Source of the DNA: Candidatus Lokiarchaeum ossiferum
Lineage (GTDB): Archaea > Asgardarchaeota > Lokiarchaeia > Sigyniarchaeales > Promethearchaeaceae
DNA length: 32,000 nt
Direction of reading: 5' to 3'
Assembly (NCBI GenBank): GCA_025839675.1
Contig: CP104013.1
Span: 5,010,001 to 5,042,000 of the forward strand
Made by a program: the position numbers and the translations under genes. Of this stretch, positions 25,541-32,000 are shown piece after piece. Under the pieces are notes generated by a model. It saw only the letters and a list, made by a program, of their open reading frames with translations. It was not told the origin of the DNA and made no database searches. The first letter of the stretch is position 1, and each line of letters opens with the position of its first letter.

Positions 25541-27232
25541 TTAAAATGTCGGAATCCGATTTTTTACTCCATCATATCCTTCATAAGCCTTATCGCGAGT
25601 TCTCCAAGATTTAGCTTGATTGGATATCTCAGCTCTTAATTCTGTCCGTAGTTCATAGATCAAAGCTTGAGAAGATTCTTCAATAATATCCGTTTTTAAT
25701 TCTTCTTCTGAACAATGGGTTAATCGCAGATAATCTTCACCTCTTGTCGCAATAATATGACATACAATACCTTTTCCTGCACGTGTTATGAGCATTTGCT
25801 TTTGCTTACTGAATGCGCGTTCATTTTCACCATTAGTTCGGAAATGACCTAGAAATTGCTCATACTTAAATAAACCAGAGAGGTATGAATTCCAAAGTCT
25901 ACACCATTCCCCCTTTATTCTTAAAGGTTCCTTAATTTTTCCAGGAAGAAAGGATTTGCAGTCTTCAAGTTGAAATTGTGAGTCATTAGAACATATATTT
26001 TCATATACTTCCTTGAAGACACAATCAATTTGACGCTGTTTTTCTTGCCAGGCACTTTTAATGTCATTAAAAATTCCTCGTATCTGCTGAAACCAAAGGC
26101 TTAGTTGAAGTGTTTCATCATACCAAGGTTTTACCGCATCTAAAGCTTTAGATAAATTATCATAAATACGCTTCAATATTATCGCCACTCGAAATTCAGG
26201 ATCAACTTCATCCATGCTTTTTCGACCTTTTTTGATATATTCGCCCAAGGTTTCATACAACCAAAGCCCTCGTAGTTCTTTGAATTTCTTATTTCTGGCT
26301 CGAATCATTGATTGAAAGTCGTCATCCATGGGTTTGAATATTTCCCTTACAGATCGTTTTCCAATATAGTCAAATTTCACTTCTTTGCTAGTGTCTGCGG
26401 TATGAATATACAATTTATTAATCAATTTCTTTAACGGCATGAAGATTTGGCTATCTACCACCTGAATATGATCCCACAAATGAGTTTGAAAGTGAAACTG
26501 ACAATATTGATGTGGAATATCCTTATAATAAGTGTCATGACACTTCACGATGACATTTTGTTTATCAGTAACCCAACCAATAATTGGTACGCCATAAAAT
26601 GCTTGAAGTGCTACAAGATATTCATGTAGAATTTGATAATTAAGAGTCTCGAATTTTGTAGTACTCAAAATCCGATTTGTCGTTAATTCCATAAAGGACC
26701 ACAATGCAGGTGCGTTTCCTCCCGGATCTTGACCATCAAAACCAAGCAGTATGAAGCCTTGGTTTTGAATCATTTCAATAGTGTTTCGATCAATCGAAAA
26801 AGCCTTGATTTTTAATATATCGTCACACATTCGAGTGATGGTTTGTTCGGAAATATCTAAATTAGGATGCTTTAATCGAATACGGGTATGAATTTGACTT
26901 GGTTTCTGTTTTAATGGAGGGAGGAATTCATTGGCGACAAATCTAAATACATCAGCACCATAATATCGAGCACCATAATCAAATCGAGGTGTAGGGTTGA
27001 AATTCTTTTTTGAATAAAGACACTTCTCGTTTGTACAAATAAACAAATCAATTACTTGATAGATATCTTGTTCGAGGCAATGAATTAGTTTTCCACTATT
27101 AGAATAGGAAAATTCAACTGGAAGTTGGCATAGGATGCACTTTTTGTCTAAATTTGACGGATACCCAAACCTAACATATTCATAATCAGCAGATTTTGCA
27201 GGGAGATTCATAATTTGTTGAGGAATCGCCAA
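25541..27232 (-). CDS. Putative DDE transposase with an N-terminal Cys-rich zinc ribbon
   Basis: 563 aa. N-terminal motif CILCQ...HC...CTNEKC. Candidate catalytic region LLGFDGQDPGGNAPALWSFMEL ... IIGWVTDKQNVIVKCHDTYYKDIPHQYCQFHFQ. This D...D...H-x2-C-x-F-H layout is reminiscent of IS66/ISBst12- or ISL3-type enzymes. The start is TTG 27232 or ATG 27211. Bracketing by terminal IRs supports a transposase role. Confidence 0.65.
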   Translation of the reverse strand: MAIPQQIMNLPAKSADYEYVRFGYPSNLDKKCILCQLPVEFSYSNSGKLIHCLEQDIYQVIDLFICTNEKCLYSKKNFNPTPRFDYGARYYGADVFRFVANEFLPPLKQKPSQIHTRIRLKHPNLDISEQTITRMCDDILKIKAFSIDRNTIEMIQNQGFILLGFDGQDPGGNAPALWSFMELTTNRILSTTKFETLNYQILHEYLVALQAFYGVPIIGWVTDKQNVIVKCHDTYYKDIPHQYCQFHFQTHLWDHIQVVDSQIFMPLKKLINKLYIHTADTSKEVKFDYIGKRSVREIFKPMDDDFQSMIRARNKKFKELRGLWLYETLGEYIKKGRKSMDEVDPEFRVAIILKRIYDNLSKALDAVKPWYDETLQLSLWFQQIRGIFNDIKSAWQEKQRQIDCVFKEVYENICSNDSQFQLEDCKSFLPGKIKEPLRIKGEWCRLWNSYLSGLFKYEQFLGHFRTNGENERAFSKQKQMLITRAGKGIVCHIIATRGEDYLRLTHCSEEELKTDIIEESSQALIYELRTELRAEISNQAKSWRTRDKAYEGYDGVKNRIPTF

Positions 27233-27267
27233 GTAAAAAATCTATCGTCTTGCAAGATTGTCATCGA

Positions 27268-27297
27268 TCCGACGAAAGATGAACTTGAAAAATCATG
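27268..27297. repeat. Right terminal inverted repeat of the 1.8-kb IS
   Basis: The reverse complement reads catgatttttcaagttcatctttcgtcgga. It matches 25496-25525 at 25/30 positions. Confidence 0.7.
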
Positions 27298-27328
27298 TAT
27301 TTTTTAATAATTTCGATTATTTACATAG

Positions 27329-28300
27329 TTAGGTTTTTTTCAAAATACAAATAATTTGATCCCCATTTTCTTGTTCATTCAAAGAATCTAGTTCTTCTGA
27401 AAAATTGATAATTTCATTATTAGAAAAAATATTTTTGTTTGATTTCCCATTTGTACATAATGGCAAGCCTCTCAGATATAATTCACTACCTAAGAATAAG
27501 TTGATCTTTGAATTGAATTTATAATTCTGAATTTTTAGACCTACTTTGTGAAGCAGAATTTTAAAACTTTTTAGAGTTTGTATACAAACATGTCTTGGAA
27601 CATCTAACTGAACCCAATTAATACCATATTTTTCCCAAACATAATTTGTTTTAATGGGAATTGATAAAATTATAGATGAATTATCATTTTTTAATAGTTT
27701 TTTCATTTGCATTAAAGCTTTTTCTTGATTAGGCATATGTTCTAAAGAATGAGTTGAAAAAATATTATCAAAATGAACATCTTCCTTAACTAGGTCACTT
27801 AGGGATTTCTTAAAAACTTTATACTGCTTTGTAATAATATCCTTTTCGATGAATGGATCCACACCAACATTCTTAGTGAAACCAATATTGGCAAGAGTTT
27901 TTAAGAAATTCCCTGAACCCGATCCAATATCAAGAACTGTTGAATTGTCCAGATTAATATTTTTTAGTATATAGTGAAAATCGTCAAGATTTTCCATTGG
28001 ATGATGATTGGCTACAATTTTACCAATCAGTGTCTTTTTATTTTGAAGAAGATATTTATCTCGATACAAAATTAAGAAATCTTTGATTTTTTGAATTATT
28101 GAATTGCTGGTTCTGAATGAATAATAATCTGAAGGATAATAACTAGCAATATCTTCAGGAATGATGCAAATTCTTAGCATACCACAGTTTTTACATTCAT
28201 AATATCGAAATTTCTTTTTTGTTCCATACATTTTTTCAAATGCAACAAAATAATTTAATTCATCATTCTTGCAGATTAAACATTTATCCTTTTTTTCCAT
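27329..28300 (-). CDS. Class I SAM-dependent methyltransferase with an N-terminal zinc ribbon
   Basis: Motif I VLDIGSGSGNFLKTLANIG, the later motif FDNIFSTHSLEHMPN, and N-terminal CLICKNDEL...YYECKNCGM (a four-Cys ribbon). Confidence 0.8.
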   Translation of the reverse strand: MEKKDKCLICKNDELNYFVAFEKMYGTKKKFRYYECKNCGMLRICIIPEDIASYYPSDYYSFRTSNSIIQKIKDFLILYRDKYLLQNKKTLIGKIVANHHPMENLDDFHYILKNINLDNSTVLDIGSGSGNFLKTLANIGFTKNVGVDPFIEKDIITKQYKVFKKSLSDLVKEDVHFDNIFSTHSLEHMPNQEKALMQMKKLLKNDNSSIILSIPIKTNYVWEKYGINWVQLDVPRHVCIQTLKSFKILLHKVGLKIQNYKFNSKINLFLGSELYLRGLPLCTNGKSNKNIFSNNEIINFSEELDSLNEQENGDQIICILKKT

Positions 28301-28388
28301 TAAATCCCAATTAGTATTAGTCTTAAATTATTTAAAAATGATAATGTTATCTTTTAACATTTTTTAGCACTTTTTACAGAGAATTTGT

Positions 28389-28410
28389 CTCGTTATAATT
28401 CAATAACGAG
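28389..28410. other. Perfect 8-bp stem / 6-nt loop hairpin in a divergent intergenic region
   Basis: ctcgttat-aattca-ataacgag, followed by tttgttt. It lies 89 nt upstream of the methyltransferase start and ~330 nt upstream of the 641-aa gene. Function unknown. Confidence 0.3.
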
Positions 28411-28741
28411 TTTGTTTCAACATTTTAAAAAAGTGTTTTCTATTTAATCTTGAAGATTTTGCTTATTTCTGTGGTAGATTCTATTTTTCTAAAAATTATT
28501 TTTATAATTAATTGGCTGATGAGATCATCTTTAGCATGATAATACATTTTTCAATTATATTTAATTTATGCTCCAGACGAACATTTTGTCCCGTATTTCT
28601 ACTCTATCACCTGTATTATTGAATGATTTTAATGATGCGAGATAGTCAGGCATGATATCAAGAGAATATTATTTTATTATTACGATTAATCTCGTGGGCT
28701 CATTAACAATATTTTAGAATAATGTTATATAAAAAAAATAT

Positions 28742-30667
28742 GTGTGCAACAAAAAAAAATTAAAGCAAAAATTACTACTTAGCATTTTTGGAATATCATT
28801 GTTAGTTATTTTGATGATTTCAAATATGTATAATCCTTTTGATACTTTTGGACTAATGAGTAGTATACCACCTTTTTCTGAAAAAATTTCTGACATATCA
28901 ATTTTCTTAAAAATTCTAAAAACTACTCTCTCATCATTAAGTATCGCTAAAATTATATTGATTTTTTGGATTTTATTTATAAATTTCATGAGTTTGTTTC
29001 TCTGGGATTTAAATATTAAAGAAGAAAAAATCTTATATTTCTTCTTTACTTACATTTTATATTTTGTAATCATTGTCTCACCTAGTATTTTTTCAATGAA
29101 ATTTTGGTCAACAGATAGTGCGTATCATCTACTTCTGGTAAAAAAATTAGCTACGAATTTGAATTACACAACAGGAAACTATTATGGGAATTTTTTGTTT
29201 CATAAATTCTTTGCATTATTATCAATTTTATTTCATATTGAAATTTATCAGATGCATAATATATTCCTATTTCTCCCACAATTTATAATGTCATTAACTT
29301 TTTTCATTGGATTATATTTTCTTATGTTCTCCCACAATTCTATTTTCGATTTTTCAATAAATAAAAAGAAAGAATTTTTTTTTTTACTAATTCTCTTCCA
29401 TCCATTTCTTATTTTCAATTTTTCTTTTATGGCACCATTTTGTTTTGTTTTATCTTTTTCTCCCTTGATTTTTTATCTTTCAATTAATTATAAAAAATCA
29501 TTAAATATTCTATTATTAAGCTTGATTATTTTAATTTGTATATGTTCTCATATTTTTGGCTTTTTTTATATTATAATTTCATTAATCATTATGATTTCAT
29601 CCCAGATTTTTCATTGCAAAAATAAAAATAACCTTATTTTGGCTTGGAAAATCAATGTAATTTTTATTTGTTTATCTTTATTACTTTTATTTTTTATGAA
29701 CAACCTGATATTACTTGTAGAATCGATATTTTCCAATATTTTTGCAGATAGTAGAACTTTATCTCGTTTTATTCAATCATTTGGGACTTCTGGGGTATTA
29801 AAGGAATATTATTTTAAATTTGAGTCGGTGTTTTCAACATTTAAATTATTTGAATTTATTATTCGTTTAGGTCCAATTTTTTTCATTATTGTTAATAATC
29901 AATTCTATTATTATAAAAATTATAAAAATAAAAATAAATTAAATAGAAAATCAGATATATTTCGAATATTCACAGATTTCTTCTTTCCATTCATTATTTT
30001 AAGTCTATTCTATGGTTATGTCTCTTCTTTTGATCGAATAATTATCATGGTAATTATAATTTATTATATATTATTTCTGGAAAACATAAATGTAAAAATT
30101 TTTATTAGGAAAATCGACGTCATCATATCAAGAATATTCAGTAAATTTCAACAGAAATGGAATGAAATTTTTAAAAAAAGATATGATGAAAAAAAAATAA
30201 AAAACATACGTTACACACAATATTTTGCTATTTGTCTCTTATTGATGTTATTTACAAATATGTTATATATTCAAAATAGACCTTATTCTGATGCTCAATA
30301 TGAATCTATTAATTGGATTGCTTCACATACTCCAAGTGACTCAACTATCATAACAAATCATAAATTTAATTATTTAGTTGAAGCACTTTCTTCAAGGAAT
30401 AGCACATATTATTGTCGTGATTTATTTAATAATGAAACTGATGAAAACCAACGAATAGAAGATTATTTAAACCTTTATGTAAGCAATGGAACCTTATTTC
30501 TCCTTCTTGATATAAATCCTTATTATAATTTCCTGCTTGAGACAAGAAATCATACTCGAATTGGTTTAAATGTTATAATACCAATAATTGAGAATTCAAC
30601 TTACTTTCAGCTATTATATAACCAATCAGAAATTCTCATATATTATTTAAATTATAGTTTTTTTTAA
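28742..30667 (+). CDS. Polytopic membrane protein, GT-C-like (PMT/ArnT-type) with a C-terminal soluble domain
   Basis: 641 aa with a GTG start. There are more than a dozen hydrophobic helices up to aa ~520, then a ~120-aa soluble domain. First-loop acidic motif WSTDSAYHLLLVKKL. The motif LSILFHIEIYQM matches CSNIFNIESYKM of the 938-aa protein at similar spacing. Confidence 0.6.
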   Translation: MCNKKKLKQKLLLSIFGISLLVILMISNMYNPFDTFGLMSSIPPFSEKISDISIFLKILKTTLSSLSIAKIILIFWILFINFMSLFLWDLNIKEEKILYFFFTYILYFVIIVSPSIFSMKFWSTDSAYHLLLVKKLATNLNYTTGNYYGNFLFHKFFALLSILFHIEIYQMHNIFLFLPQFIMSLTFFIGLYFLMFSHNSIFDFSINKKKEFFFLLILFHPFLIFNFSFMAPFCFVLSFSPLIFYLSINYKKSLNILLLSLIILICICSHIFGFFYIIISLIIMISSQIFHCKNKNNLILAWKINVIFICLSLLLLFFMNNLILLVESIFSNIFADSRTLSRFIQSFGTSGVLKEYYFKFESVFSTFKLFEFIIRLGPIFFIIVNNQFYYYKNYKNKNKLNRKSDIFRIFTDFFFPFIILSLFYGYVSSFDRIIIMVIIIYYILFLENINVKIFIRKIDVIISRIFSKFQQKWNEIFKKRYDEKKIKNIRYTQYFAICLLLMLFTNMLYIQNRPYSDAQYESINWIASHTPSDSTIITNHKFNYLVEALSSRNSTYYCRDLFNNETDENQRIEDYLNLYVSNGTLFLLLDINPYYNFLLETRNHTRIGLNVIIPIIENSTYFQLLYNQSEILIYYLNYSFF

Positions 30668-30695
30668 TTAATGGCACAGATAAAAGGTTTAATAA

Positions 30696-31841
30696 ATGAG
30701 TTTAATAAATTTTCTCTTTTGTGGTGATGTTGCACCAATTAGAAGGTACAGTAATATCTCTGATGATCAAAGTATAAAACTATTTTCAGATGTCAAAGAA
30801 TTACTCGATCAAAGTGATTTTTCTCTATTAAATTTGGAGAGTCCTTTAACTGATAAAAAACAAAAATTGAAAAAAAGTGGCCCTAACATTTCAGCAAGTC
30901 CTACTTTTTCCAGTACTCTCAATAAAATTGGTTTTAATGCTGTTGGATTAGCAAATAATCATATAATGGATATGGGAGAAAATGGTCTAATAGATACTAT
31001 GGACTCATTGAAAAAAAATGAAATTTCATATTGTGGGGCAGGAAGAAATATTGAAGAAGCACAGAAATTATTAATACTCGAGAAAAATGGATTAAAAATT
31101 GGAATTATTGCTATTGCAGAAATTGAATTCAACGTGGCTAGCGGTAAAAAAGCAGGCGCTGCTCCATTAAATGCTATTACCAATTTCTATCAGATTGAAA
31201 AGGCTAAAAGTGAAGTGGATATTGTAATCATTTCTTTACATGGGGGAAATGAATTTTTTCCATATCCACGACCAAATTTAAGAAAGATTTGCCAATTTTT
31301 TATAGATTTGGGCGTTGAAGCTGTAATATGTCATCATTCTCACATTGCTGGGGCTTATGAAATGCATAAATCAAAACCTATAATATATAGTCTTGGTAAT
31401 TTTTTATTTGATGATGCAAGAAATGAAGATAGTTTTTGGAATTATGGTTATATGGTCATGTTGAAAATTGATCCAATTAATAAAATTGTTGAATCAATGG
31501 AAATTATTCCGTATCATCAATCAATTTCAAATCCAGGAATAAAATTGCTACACGATGAAAAGAAAAAAGTCTTTATGAGAAAATTACTTGCATTAAATAG
31601 TAACCTTCTGGATTCCAGAAAATATACTAAAATATGGAAAAATTTTTGCATGAAGTCAGAAAATAATGTACTTTCATTACAATATTTACCTACAAATTTC
31701 TTTGGAATTTCAACATTGGCAAAATGTATTCCAATTTCACGATTTTTAGTATCAAAAAGAGAAATACCAACAAAACTGAATCTCATAAGATGTGATTCAC
31801 ACAGAGAATTATTAATTTCAGTTTTAGAACAAAAAATGTAA
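30696..31841 (+). CDS. CapA-family protein (PGA_cap / metallophosphoesterase-like)
   Basis: Family motifs in order: FCGDVAP, LLNLESPLT, AVGLANNHIMDMGENGLIDT, YCGAGRNIEEA, GAAPL, VIISLHGGNEF, VICHHSHIAGAYE, YSLGNFLFD. Confidence 0.85.
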   Translation: MSLINFLFCGDVAPIRRYSNISDDQSIKLFSDVKELLDQSDFSLLNLESPLTDKKQKLKKSGPNISASPTFSSTLNKIGFNAVGLANNHIMDMGENGLIDTMDSLKKNEISYCGAGRNIEEAQKLLILEKNGLKIGIIAIAEIEFNVASGKKAGAAPLNAITNFYQIEKAKSEVDIVIISLHGGNEFFPYPRPNLRKICQFFIDLGVEAVICHHSHIAGAYEMHKSKPIIYSLGNFLFDDARNEDSFWNYGYMVMLKIDPINKIVESMEIIPYHQSISNPGIKLLHDEKKKVFMRKLLALNSNLLDSRKYTKIWKNFCMKSENNVLSLQYLPTNFFGISTLAKCIPISRFLVSKREIPTKLNLIRCDSHRELLISVLEQKM

Positions 31842-31875
31842 ACACCTTTTTTATTTAAAAGTTAAAGGTTATTCT

Positions 31876-32000
31876 TCAGTAATCAAAATACTTACTCCTT
31901 TTTCTAAAACTCAAGCTTGCAGTTTCCGGGTGTAAGAATGTTATGTGGGAATCAAAAATCACCATAATTTCCATTTGGACCATTTTTTTTGTTACTTTCT
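31876..32000 (-). CDS. 3' end of an unidentified minus-strand ORF running off the window
   Basis: The frame is open from the window edge to the TGA at 31876-31878 (...KMVQMEIMVIFDSHITFLHPETASLSFRKRSKYFDY*). It is convergent with the CapA gene. It is too short to classify. Confidence 0.25.
   Translation of the reverse strand, partial: KVTKKMVQMEIMVIFDSHITFLHPETASLSFRKRSKYFDY

Larger units (their letters stand above)
25493..27300 (-). mobile_element. Insertion sequence (~1.8 kb, single transposase ORF, ~30-bp imperfect terminal inverted repeats); family not assigned
   Basis: The terminal inverted repeats closely bracket one 563-aa ORF. The left IR ends 15 nt before the stop codon. The right IR begins ~36-55 nt upstream of the start codon (TTG 27232 or ATG 27211). 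The flanking DNA is T-rich, so no reliable target-site duplication could be called. Confidence 0.7.

Noticed and set aside
8054-30667. Calling one of the three giant membrane proteins an AglB/PglB/STT3 oligosaccharyltransferase
   Set aside because: None contains a WWDxG-type motif or other OST signatures that I could find. I kept only a generic GT-C-like suggestion for two of them.
528-31786. Short ORFs nested in or antisense to larger genes: 528..833-, 547..768+, 2313..2540+, 2726..3049-, 3724..3915-, 4137..4355+, 4142..4339-, 6201..6404-, 6281..6550+, 6960..7151-, 10143..10358+, 16185..16487-, 16527..16721-, 20069..20455-, 21507..21806+, 21578..21763-, 22123..22359+, 26447..26629+, 30959..31183-, 31517..31786-
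   Set aside because: All lie inside longer ORFs that carry clear family motifs. Their translations are low-complexity or unlike real proteins. Such shadow ORFs are expected in AT-rich DNA.
30696-31841. Annotating a poly-gamma-glutamate synthesis operon from the CapA gene
   Set aside because: No PgsB (Mur-ligase-like) or PgsC partner is present in the window. CapA-family proteins occur widely outside PGA operons.
1-32000. CRISPR arrays, tRNA, rRNA genes
   Set aside because: I saw no regularly spaced direct repeats, no cloverleaf-compatible GC-rich ~75-nt islands and no rRNA-like conserved blocks. This is a visual scan only; tRNAscan-SE, Infernal and a CRISPR finder would be decisive.

Overview
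This is an AT-rich prokaryotic window. My hand counts on single 60-nt lines range from about 12% to about 48% GC. It is dominated by a cell-surface glycan/glycoprotein biogenesis island that is interrupted by a nest of insertion sequences. The domain of life cannot be fixed from the window. Few genes have Shine-Dalgarno motifs, the surface proteins are sequon-rich, and a LamG-like protein has a C-terminal TM anchor. These traits lean towards a low-GC archaeon, but a low-GC bacterium is not excluded. Coding content: four GT4 and one GT2 glycosyltransferases; three very large polytopic membrane proteins (964, 938 and 641 aa), two of which share GT-C-like first-loop motifs and one of which is fused to a parallel beta-helix of about 10 repeats; an ATP-grasp ligase starting 6 nt after a GT4 gene; a Zn-ribbon SAM methyltransferase; and an orphan CapA-family protein. 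The most interesting unit lies at 1.1-5.6 kb. It comprises a soluble VTC (polyphosphate-polymerase-type tunnel) protein, a membrane-anchored protein with two tandem CotH kinase-like modules, and a DUF4956 membrane protein, all co-oriented and closely spaced. To my knowledge this triad is functionally uncharacterised; I propose polyP synthesis/export coupled to an extracytoplasmic kinase. The 20.9-27.3 kb region holds an IS110-family recombinase gene split by one in-frame TAA, with a structured non-coding leader (candidate bridge RNA), degraded DDE-transposase remnants, and an apparently intact ~1.8-kb IS with ~30-bp terminal inverted repeats. Also noted are a 325-bp MITE-like inverted-repeat element, a 1.4-kb ORF-poor divergent spacer and sharp compositional steps. 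No rRNA, tRNA or CRISPR array was recognised by eye.
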